Source: Eledone cirrhosa
Taxonomy: Eukaryota
Direction of reading: 5' to 3'
DNA: 64,000 nt
Assembly: GCA_964016885.1 (NCBI GenBank)
Contig: OZ024747.1
Location: 68,634,001-68,698,000 of the forward strand
In this document: positions 24,741-35,594 of the stretch, one piece after another
Position numbering within the stretch: the first letter of the stretch is position 1
Layout of the letters: every line of letters begins with the position of its first letter
Notes under the pieces: model-generated
What the model was told of the DNA's origin: nothing
Database searches by the model: none
What the model saw: the letters and a program-made list of their open reading frames with translations, nothing else
Made by a program: the position numbers and the translations under genes

Positions 24741-26129
24741 ACTACAAAAAAGTAGTCTTTTAATTCTAAGTAAAACAATGAGAGACCCATCTCTAAATGA
24801 AACAAATAGTTTGCTATTCTTTTAAAAACTGAAGTACTCATGACACTTCATTTTTAGTTACAACTGGCTTGCAACAGGGATTTTAATTTTATACATTAAA
24901 TGTAATAGTCTAACATTTGATTCTCACTTGTAGGCATTTGCTAATAATTATTTCTAATATAGGCACAATGCCAACAATTTGTAGGGAGGAGAAAGTCGAT
25001 TTCATCAACCCCAGTTTGGAACTGATACTTTATTTTATCGACCCCCCCCCCCCCCCCCCCAGAAAGATGAAAGGCAAGGATTTGCTAATAAAACCCTTCA
25101 AAATGACATGAATGTCTCATCTATCATCTAATAAGCTCTTGATGTCAATAGAGCTGATTATTTATTAGTGGATTGTTTTCATCAAATGATGTGGCTGTGT
25201 AGCTATTTCTTATTACAAGTCTTTGGGATAAGTAGTTATTGTTCTATAATAATTGTTTCCATTTTTGGCACAAGGCCAGCAATTACCCCAGTGCATTACT
25301 GGTGCTTTATTTTATCAACTACGTAAGGATGAAAGGTAAAGTTAACCTCGGCGGGATTTGAACTCGGATCGTTAAGGGCCATAACTCTGTGCTGCAAAGC
25401 ATTGTGTCTGACGCTGTCCCTATACTGCCAAACCACTGCTTCTAAAAAATGTATTACGTAAAAAGAGGAGGGGGGGGGGTTCAGCATTTCACATAAAACT
25501 AAAGTTCTCCAGTGATATAGCAATGCATTAAAAATCTTGTAATTTTTTTTCTTTATTTTCATTATTAAAAAAGAACATGAAATATAATACAGTGGAATTT
25601 TGGGTATGAGCGTCTCTCCTTATGAACAAATTGGTTCACAAACAATTTTTCTGAACATAAAACATCTCGGTTCACGAACAGTGTCTTAAGTAACGAACAC
25701 GCAAGCTGACAAAAACAGTTGACAACAGGCTTGGAGTATCAGTGGGCAAGTGTCGCTTGTGATGCTGAATCTTCCTGAGAAATACATTAAAGGTGCACAC
25801 ATCTGTGGAATGCTCAATCACTTGTGTATTGATTTCACAAGCAGGCCATTCTGTTGATTGAATCAACTAAAGCTCTTGTTGGAAACAGTGGAAATTCAAC
25901 AACACTAGACCTGCTCTAAATAGCAGTCAAATGTCCCTCAAATTACAAACTACTGTTTTGAAGTGGAATGGACACATTGGATAATGTTGTCTTAAGATAT
26001 GTAATATCTGAGAGAAGGATAGTTTGATGAGAATGATATATATTGTTTCTTTGTATATGGGGTGTGTGTAAGAACATAACAAACACAATATTCCAATTAT
26101 ACAAGCCTGGATGGTGTGGGCCCCCTCCT

Positions 26130-27370
26130 GGGTCTGGCCTTGTTGCAGTGAGGGGGCTTGTGTGTTCCATAAATCTGAGAGAGCGTTACCATCTGTAGCT
26201 TTGCTCCTGGTAGGGCCACCTTAGGCGAGCCAGTCTCTTGGGGAGGTTTCAGACCAACAGTGACCTGCAGCGTGTAGGCTAGCTGCCAAGATGACAACCC
26301 TATCATCCAACTATTCTGCAGAGGGCCAACAACCCGTCAGAAGAACCATCAATCTGTTACAAAACCAACCCGGCTCTACACACGACGTTGCTTTGGGATC
26401 ATTGGCTTAGAATGACCCCTGCCTTTTTGAGCAACAAGAGAAGGATGATGTGGGAGAATATACCCAAGTGTGCAGAACCCACAGTACAAGCAACCTTGTT
26501 GCCCAGCAAGCAAAATGGAGAAAGCATTGCTCCAGAAGATAGCAAGGGAGAAGCATTGAAATAGCCATTCCAGCATGATTATGATATGTTAGTGTAAGGG
26601 ATTAACTTAGGCCCTCTCTTGCATGACATTTTTGGAACAGACAGTTTATTTTTTCAAAGGTCTCGTGTGAAACTCTAGTTTCTGGCTAGAGTTAAGATGA
26701 TGATCTATTGAGAAAATGGTGTCTAGAGTACTAGGTACATAGGACGGATAAATTGTGTTACATATGAAAATAAAACATGAGCAGTGAAGGACTCACTAAT
26801 GTATGAAGTAGTAACAGTAATTTACTTGAGTAGGATCAAGCAACTATGAAAGAACAGACGTACAAGAAGTACACTACCATTTTTCTGGCAAAAGACAGTC
26901 TGGAAGTTCCTTTTGTTCTGTCAAAATATTGAACAGGAACTTGACATTTTTATGGCTACCAGACTAGTTTACTGGATGATCCACTTCAGTTGTTAAGTGT
27001 TGCCTTTTTATAATTTACACTGTTCGCTGGTGGTGGTATCTCATTTTTGTGAGATTCTTAGCTCATTTTGCTTAAATTTAACTTTAGTTGTGACTTCTAA
27101 GAGAAATGTGAGTATAAGTGGTGGTGTCAAAGAAACACCAATTTATATTGATTCAAAAGAAGGTTGATCTGTTGGGAAAAATCTAGATCTTGGTATTTCA
27201 GTGTGAAATCTATGGTATTGATTCATCAACATTTTATGATATAAAGAAACAAATGGGAAAACTATTGAAATTCTATACAGTGAATCCATGAAGCAAATGA
27301 GCATTAGAAAAGCAATGAAATATAGTTAAAATACTGATCATGACCTGGTGATGATAGAATGGTTTTGGCA
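26130..27370 (+). mobile_element. Highly degenerate 5' part of an RTE/Expander-like LINE
   Basis: Leader CCTTGTTGCAGTGAGGGGGCTTGTGTGTTCC...CCTGGTAGGGCCACC resembles Expander/BovB 5' ends. Downstream remnant NTDHDLV resembles the APE end motif. Confidence 0.45.
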
Positions 27371-27565
27371 ATGTCACAGTGACTGAGTAGAGTTGTCAGC
27401 TTGATAATGAAGCAGATTGAGTTGTTCCTTAAATAACTTAAACTGTAATATAAATCCAATTACAGTGGGAGATGGTTTCAAAGATTCAAGAAGTATCATG
27501 GAATTTCCTTCTCTGAATTGTGAGGATTCAAAATCAGTCTGCAAACCATGAAAGAACTGTTGAAT

Positions 27566-28050
27566 ATCATCATCATCATCACGGTTTAATGCCAATTTTC
27601 CATGCTAGAATGGACTAGACAGCTCCTATTATGATATAAGTCAGTTCAGATGACCATGTTTTGCTTCTACAGAACTGTTTCTGGCTTGGTGTCTAACCAC
27701 ATTTCCAGTGTGAACTTTTTATTTTGCTTTTTTATTTTGGCACTAAAATGACCACTCTACAGTGTGGACTGGACACTTTTTGTCATGACACCAGTACAGT
27801 GTGGTCTGGGCACTTTTTGTCGTGACACTAACATGACCATTCTACAGTGTGGATTGGACACTTTTTGTCATGACACCAATACAGTGTGGTCTTGGTGCTT
27901 TTTGTCGTGACACTAACATGACCACTTTACAGTGTGAACTGGACACTTTTTGTGTCAAACTGGGTGCCTTTTATTGTGGCACCATAGTGACCCTCTTACA
28001 GTGTGCACTGGGTGCTTTTTGTCATGACACCAAAACAACCACTTTACAGA
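27566..28050 (-). repeat. RTE-type 3'UTR fragment with expanded internal tandem modules
   Basis: (TCA)n tail plus repeated ACCAC..TACAGTGTGGACTGG..TTTTTGTC.TGACAC units. Confidence 0.65.
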
Positions 28051-31000
28051 GGTGTCACTTTTTGAAAATGTTCTTGTATTCGGTTATGCAGTTGGCATTT
28101 CACGGAACTGATGTAATTAGCTCTGCATGCACAGTTCAACTCATACACTACATGGTATCTCAGGCATATTGGTTTTGTATTATTATTGTAGCTAATTCCT
28201 GTGGTAGTATGTTCTCTGACAGGGTATCTCCAAAGACAGCAGGCGTCTTCTTCAATGTTCTGTGTGAGGTATTGTCTCAACATTCTTCCATGCTTTGTTA
28301 CTCACACTGAGAGGCCTGATTTTTTTATGTAACTTTGCAGGGAATTTTATGTCTGTTCTTCTTGGTATGGGAGATCAATGTAGGCCCAGGTTTTGTCTCC
28401 CATTTCTTTTTCTCCTTGGTGTTGTGTCTTTTGTCATTGTTGTTGGTTTGCAAGTGGTTGTGGTTGCTATTAGGACAAAGGTGGTGCTTGGTGTTGGCAT
28501 GTGGTGTTTTAGGCTTTGTGTATATGCTGAGTCTGGGTGGAGGAAGGCATCATAGTCTGCCAGTAACATTGTATCAACTAAAATATATGTATTTTTAGGT
28601 TATTACAATTTTTTAATATTTCATAATGATAGCTGGAAATGATTTGTTACATAAGCAGCAATTAACTTATATTTTGACTACAAAGATAATGAAATTGTTG
28701 AGACCACAGCGAGAATAGGAATTGATTTTTGTGTAGTAGAAACATGTGTTACCGTACAGCCAACAATTGCCAAGATTGACTATCACTATAAGTGTTATCA
28801 ACACTTCTGTAACATTAGGAAAATAAGGATAAAAGAGAGAAAAACTACAAAAAGAAAAGTTATATGTATATATATAACATTGTTGTAAAAAAAACAGCAT
28901 TGCAAAATATTTTTCCTTTCCTTAATCAGCAAATATTTTATGACTGGTCACAAATTCTACTAGAAACAACTTCAAAGAGAACTATAGCTGCATGCAAGAT
29001 ACATCATGAACCATTAAGAGTCACAATGTAAAAATAGAGCTAAAACACAATTGCCAAAATATAGAACTCTTTCCATAAAATATAAATGTCTATTATAAAC
29101 ACTCTATATCATGTTGTTGTCTTTAACATATATATATAAGCTATATATAACTTACAGACCATACATTTGAAAGTTGCCTGCTCCAGAACAATAGCTCATA
29201 CTTTCACCACAATCTACAGACTACTACAATCCTTATTTCTTACTCCCCGCCTCTAACACACATATGTGTATACATGTATTCATGTGTGTGTGTTAGTGTA
29301 TGTGTATGTTAGTGATGGGGACAGTCCATAAATCAGTGCATCAGATACAAACATCTTGTGGTATTTGATTTGTACTGAATTACTTCTCTTAGGTGGACAT
29401 AGAGATTGATAAAACGGTTAGCAGACAAAGTACTAGGGTCATTGAATTCCTTGGGAGTTAGTGCCTCAACTGGGTTGCTGTTCAGAGACTAAAACCAAGA
29501 AAAGAATTAGAAAAAAAGATTTTTATCTTGAATATCCAGATTGAGATATCACAGCTCCGATACTATAGGCATGTGGTTAGAATTTCTCAGGAAAGAATTG
29601 CTAGACAGATTTTAGGGGCGAAACTAACAAGTAGGAGACCCAACCAAGCAAGATGGTTGGCTAACATCCATGAGCTTGGTTGGTCACGCCTGGGGATCCA
29701 ACTGGATCAGTTGGAGACAGTTGCTTCTGACAGGACCCACTGGAGGGAGTGTTTGAGGACTGCCGTAATGACTCTCTCATGAATAAGTGAGCAAAGAAAA
29801 GGAGAAGATATTCTTTATTTGGAATCATGGAAGCTTATATACCTGCACTATACTTATATAAATTCATCTAAAAATGTTTGGCTATATAACTCTGTAGGTG
29901 ACAATTTGTATATAATAGTAAATTTGTAACTGGCAACTTTAACAAGGTATAACATTTTGTAATGGAACTTTTGTAGATGTGAAGGTTTTGTCTTAGTAAT
30001 AAAATTACTCTCCCCATTCCTCGTAAGATCTGAATTTATGAAAATTAGAACACAAATCACTGAGAATTTCTTGACTAGAAAAAGAAATGTTTGCCTCTGT
30101 CTGACAGCGAAGGTGACAAAAACTGTTGTTTTACAGCTCAATTCTATATTCTATTAAGCAACAACAGAAAAATCAATGAAACTGAATTTGCTTCCTATGT
30201 CAATGTTTCTGATGGCATGTTAAAATCATAAGCAAAAGTAAAATGAAGTAATTGCATTTTATTTAGAATTGCTTTCAGAAAGCATTTCAGAGTTGTCAGA
30301 ATAGATTAGTAGGTGTGATGCTTCATTGTTCAAATGATTGGTGAACTGCAAATTTGCCTTCAAGGAATGTCAATGTGTGTATGTGATGATATAAAATCAT
30401 TGTTAATCTCAAAACCAGCCTGAAAGAAGCTCAATTTAATTTTTCATTCCAATTCCATTTCATTTTAGAAGAAAAAAGTTTAAAGAATAAAATTAATTAA
30501 GTCATGATATGAAAAGTAAATTGTGGAGAAATCACATGGTAGAGAAGTGAGATTAGCTTGGTAGGTTCAAATCCACAGCATGTATTTTGTTGCATTTCTA
30601 AATAGGTTGTTTTCTATTCTATATTGTCTCAGTTCAGCTATTTGCTGGTTTAGGAATCGGATCATTCAGAAAATTTATTGAAGATAGTTTTAACTGCAAG
30701 AAAATGTATTCCTCATCTATTAACACTGGTCAGTCCGAGCTGAGGATCCGCATAAGGTGAAACAGTCATTCTCGGTATGGTGAACTAACTGTTGTGTAAC
30801 CATTTCTACCAAACTCGTCCCATGGACTGAGTGCTCTACCACTACGGATATTACCTTCCAGTGTTCTACTATTATATATATTATAAAGTTTAAAACAATC
30901 AAAACTATGTTCAATACATTTTATTGCTGACAATTGTTTCTTCCAAACAGCCGTTTGGAGTCATCGGAGCATTGGTAAAGTTTAAACACAAATTAAGTTC

Positions 31001-31389
31001 CTATTCCATAGAAAAATGATAAAGATACGTTGATATTATTGTTGCTATCAATAGTGTTGTATTCAATGAGAGTGAGGATGTTGTGGTCTGTAGCAATGGG
31101 TATAATAAAGATTATAAAAGAATTATAAAAGGTTATTCTCAAAGGAGGACATTAGTGGTACATAGGCATATAGACAGTAAGAGCGCAGAGGTATCAAGCA
31201 TATACAGAATAACATGGAAAAGAAAGCAAAGGTATTAAGTATATATGTGATATCTTTGCCATATTATGCTATATATACTTTGCTTTCTTTTCCATGTTAT
31301 TCTGAATTACAGGGAAATACATTTACCTTTTACATACTCAATATGTACATTTTTTAATACACATTTACACAGTCTTGGTTACCTCTGTA

Positions 31390-31421
<32 letters not shown>

Positions 31422-31567
31422 ATACTTTGGGAGGGTCATGTTGCCAATAAGAAACACATGCACCAGTTACTTTCACTTCAATTTATTATAATAAATTTAT
31501 AAATTTAGGAATTTATAAATTTCCGGTTGGTTGGTTGGTTCCACAACCAGATGGTTGTTTATATATT

Positions 31568-31610
31568 GTCAAAGTTCTTTCGTCACACACTCTGTGACCT
31601 CTTCAGTGAC
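31568..31610 (-). ncRNA. Minimal hammerhead motif in the PLE 3'UTR (left arm)
   Basis: Mirror copy of 34111-34153. Confidence 0.7.
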
Positions 31611-31812
31611 TGGGGATTCTTTTCTTTGTTTTTTGTGCCTCTCCTTTGTTCTGTCCTACGCCATCTTGTTTGTGTGTGTGTGTTGTGTGCTTAGTTTGCG
31701 CATGTGTTACATCCGGGTGTCTGTGTGTGTTTATATTCGTTTATTTATTTGTTTATTTACATGTTACTGGTTGGTTGTTTGTTCTATGTGCGTGTGTGTT
31801 TTCATTTTGTCC

Positions 31813-33162
31813 TTAATTGTAAGTTGTGATGTTGCTGTTCCACTCATGTTTTCTATTTAATTTTGGTTGTAATTCATTTATGTTTATTGCCTCTGTGATT
31901 TGTCTAAACATTGCGTCTTTTCTGTGTGTAGATTCTATTTTTATTTCTATGTTCTCTAATTTACCCTTATGTTCTATTTTAGCATGTTGGTAGAGTACAG
32001 ATGATTCTTTACTATCTTGAAGGTCTCGCCAGTGTTCATTTATCCGTTCCCCTATACTACAAGCTGTCTCACCTATGCACACTATATTTTTATCTCTACA
32101 TTGTCCTTCAGTACATCTTATGCTATATACTACATTTCTAGTTTTACAGTTAATATGGGGGCTTAATTTACAGATTATACATTTCTTATCTATACAGGGA
32201 GGTGTTTGAAAAGGGTATGTCTTGCTAATAAGTATTTTTATGGAGGTACCTGGCATTTCTACTATCTTAATATTGAGTTTATGTTTATCTAGGGCCCTTC
32301 TAAATTTGTAAGCTAATTCACCTCTAGGGGTTGTATCGATGAACATTACACTCTGGTATTTATTGCTATCATACCATGAGTTTATTCTATTAGCCTCATT
32401 CCTAGTTCTTTCTATTCTATTCCAAAATTTGCTCCTATACAAGGGGCAGGTCCCATTTATGTCATTATTTACCATTTTTTCCCATTTGGTTCTGGCTCCT
32501 CTATACACTCTGATTTTATCTCTCTGATTGTAACCAGAGAACTGCATACGGTGGATGAAGTGTTGTATGTGTCTCTCTAGTTCTTCGGGGTTGCACATAC
32601 GGGACATGTTTCTCATCACCCGTACCAAATCCGCAATCAGTATGTTGATTTTGGTATGGTCCGAAACAGCTGAGTTTCGGTGGATCAGATATTTGGAAGT
32701 CATGGGTTTGGCATAATGGGAATGGAGGATTTGTTTTTTGTTATTAATGGTATCTAACCAGAGCTCTGTGTCTAGTACAGGTAATCGATGGTTGGGGTGT
32801 TTGCTTGGGTAGTCTATAGTAACTCTAATACTCTGGTGGATGGAGTTAGCTATTTGCTGGATGCTTTCCATTGTGTTTTTCTCTAATTCCTGACTGTTCT
32901 CTAGTGGGGGTGTTTTAACTACGATGTTTATATCATCAACGTAGCGGGAATACATTGTCAGGGTTAAGGGGTCTTCTAATTGTTCTTTAAGTTTAAGTTT
33001 AAGTCTACTGTCCCACCATACCATGAATAAGTTAGCTATGTCGCCTGCAATGCTAACACCAATGGCTGCTCCCTCCTCTTGGGCATATGTTTTTCCATTA
33101 AATTTGAACATATGTTCCTTAAGGGTTAATTTTATGCTAGCCCCCACCGCATGTGCAATCAT
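31813..33162 (-). CDS. PLE reverse transcriptase (C-terminal part), Cys linker and GIY-YIG endonuclease; truncated
   Basis: EGAAIG, YSRYVDD, LPVLD, CxxxxCxxC linker, NVVYSIRC...IGET. YIG is mutated to CIG and R to C in this arm. Confidence 0.88.
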   Translation of the reverse strand: MIAHAVGASIKLTLKEHMFKFNGKTYAQEEGAAIGVSIAGDIANLFMVWWDSRLKLKLKEQLEDPLTLTMYSRYVDDINIVVKTPPLENSQELEKNTMESIQQIANSIHQSIRVTIDYPSKHPNHRLPVLDTELWLDTINNKKQILHSHYAKPMTSKYLIHRNSAVSDHTKINILIADLVRVMRNMSRMCNPEELERHIQHFIHRMQFSGYNQRDKIRVYRGARTKWEKMVNNDINGTCPLYRSKFWNRIERTRNEANRINSWYDSNKYQSVMFIDTTPRGELAYKFRRALDKHKLNIKIVEMPGTSIKILISKTYPFQTPPCIDKKCIICKLSPHINCKTRNVVYSIRCTEGQCRDKNIVCIGETACSIGERINEHWRDLQDSKESSVLYQHAKIEHKGKLENIEIKIESTHRKDAMFRQITEAININELQPKLNRKHEWNSNITTYN

Positions 33163-33170
33163 TTTCTTTA

Positions 33171-33908
33171 GTATGCAGTTCTCTGGTTACAATCAGAGAG
33201 ATAAAATCAGAGTGTATAGAGGAGCCAGAACCAAATGGGAAAAAAATGGTAAATAATGACACAAATGGGACCTGCCCCTTGTATAGGAGCAAATTTTGGA
33301 ATAGAATAGAAAGAACTAGGAATGAGGCTAATAGAATAAACTCATGGTATGATAGCAATAAATACCAGAGTGTAATGTTCATCGATACAACCCCTAGAGG
33401 TGAATTAGCTTACAAATTTAGAAGGGCCCTAGATAAACATAAACTCAATATTAAGATAGTAGAAAGACCAGGTACCTCCATAAAAACACTTATTAGCAAG
33501 ACATACCCTTTTCAAACACCTCCCTGTATAGATAAGAAATGTATAATCTGTAAATTAAGCCCCCATATTAACTGTAAAACTAGAAATGTAGTATATAGCA
33601 TAAGATGTACTGTAGGACAATGTAGAGATAAAAATATAGTGTACATAGGTGAGACAGCTCGTAGTATAGGGGAACGGATAAATGAACACTGGCGAGACCT
33701 TCAAGATAGTAAAGAATCATCTGTACTCTACCAACATGCTAAAATAGAACATAAGGGTAAATTAGAGAACATAGAAATAAAAATAGAATCTACACACAGA
33801 AAAGACGCAATGTTTAGACAAATCACAGAGGCAATAAACATAAATGAATTACAACCAAAATTAAATAGAAAACATGAGTGGAACAGCAACATCACAACTT
33901 ACAATTAA
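33171..33908 (+). pseudogene. Inverted duplicate of the PLE thumb/GIY-YIG region
   Basis: Intact VYIGETARS, but an extra A in the A-run near 33240 relative to the left arm. Confidence 0.85.
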
Positions 33909-34110
33909 GGACAAAATGAAAACACACACGCACATAGAACAAACAACCAACCAGTAACATGTAAATAAACAAATAAATAAACGAATATAAACACACACAG
34001 ACATCCGGATGTAACACATGCGCAAACTAAGCACACAACACACACACAAAAACAAGATGGCGTAGGACAGAACAAAGGAGAGGCACAAAAAACAAAGAAA
34101 AGAATCCCCA

Positions 34111-34153
34111 GTCACTGAAGAGGTCACAGAATGTGTGACGAAAGAACTTTGAC
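34111..34153 (+). ncRNA. Minimal hammerhead motif in the PLE 3'UTR (right arm)
   Basis: GTCA CTGAAGAG GTCACA GAATG TGTGAC GAAA GAAC TT TGAC. Confidence 0.7.
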
Positions 34154-34884
34154 AATATATAAACAACCATCTGGTTGTGGAACCAACCAACCAACCGGAA
34201 ATTTATAAATTCCTAAATTTATAAATTTATTATAATAAATTGAAGTGAAAGCAACTGGTGCATGTGTTTCTTATTGGCAACATGACCCTCCCAAAGTATA
34301 ACAATATCAGTTTCAACACACGTTTTCAGATAAAGAATCTTGCTAAACAAATTCAGAAACGAAATATATATATATATACATATATATATCATCATCATCA
34401 TCATCATCATCATCATTTAATGTCCATTTTCCACGCTAGCATGGGTCTGATATATATATATTTATATATATACATATATATATTTATCATCTACTTTGGC
34501 TGCTTACTGCAGAACTTAACAAATACTCCTGTATTATAAAGAATTCTGAAAAAAAAAGAGGTTTAATCATGGAGGTGATACTTTTATCACATTGTGGTGC
34601 CAAGATCAATATCTAATATAATGTTAGCCACACAAACAGTATATCTCTAATGGTCAAACTTTAAGATTCCAACTCTGGTAAGAAAAACCATTAGAATGCT
34701 AGCAAAGTAAGAAAAACTGCATATAACATCATAAATGATATATTCCTACAACAAAAGATGCAGTAAAAATAAGCTAATAACACCTCCAATGAAATTAAGA
34801 GAGAAAGCTAGATAGAGAGAATGGAAGAAAGAGAGAGAGACTAAGGGTGAGAGGGGAGAGAGAGATGGGGAAAGATATAAATAA

Positions 34885-35372
34885 GCATCATCATCACCAC
34901 TGTTTAATGTCCATTTTACCAACCTAGCTTTTGTCGTGACACCTACACAACCACTTTATAGTGAGGGCTGGGCACTTTTGTTGTGGCTCCAGAGGGGACC
35001 TCTTTATGGTATGGGTTGATGACTTGGGTGGGGTGGGAGTGGAGAAGATGTCTGAGGAATTGGGGGATGTAGATATAGGGGTGGGATGATGCAAGGGAGC
35101 TGTATGGGAGGGTAGATGGTGGGGGAAGGTGTTGCCTACTAAATATATGCCTCAGCTTGAGCATATGGGAGGGTGGGTCTTCTGTAATATTTCATAGCGC
35201 CAGAGAACACGGCCCTGTGTCATCACCTTAACGAGGTGTAATTGTGTAAGGTCAGCTTTTATCACCTCATCCCAAGTCTTCCTAGGCCTGCCCACTCCAT
35301 GGCTACCATCAACTTTGAGTGTTCTGCACTTTTTATACAGCTGTCGTCCTTCATACTCATCACATGTCCAAA
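34885..35372 (-). mobile_element. RTE LINE 3' fragment
   Basis: KCRTLKVDGSHGVGRPRKTWDEVI plus degenerate 3'UTR and (TCA)n. Confidence 0.75.
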
Positions 35373-35594
35373 CCAATGGACACAAATCAGTATTTTGAAA
35401 ATTTGGTCGAGTGTCAATTGTAATTAAAATCGAGTGATATAGCATTTTACGAACACCGGTTTTTAGACACACCGGACTAACGAAGCATTTGTTAATACTT
35501 TGAATAAACCCTATTGTACAGCTGATCATGTTACTCTTCACACATTTACTATATATATATATATATATATAAATATATATATATATATTTATAT

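Larger units (their letters stand above)
31415..34364. mobile_element. Penelope-like element (C-terminal GIY-YIG, Neptune/Nematis-like), 5'-truncated, inverted arms, in (TA)n
   Basis: Arms 31415-32549 and 33171-34306 are reverse complements with about a dozen differences by eye. The right arm has a tail of about 58 nt. (TA)n on both sides. Confidence 0.93.

Noticed and set aside
28660-30141. Minus-strand ORFs as exons of a second gene
   Set aside because: No recognisable protein similarity and no matching donor/acceptor pairs.
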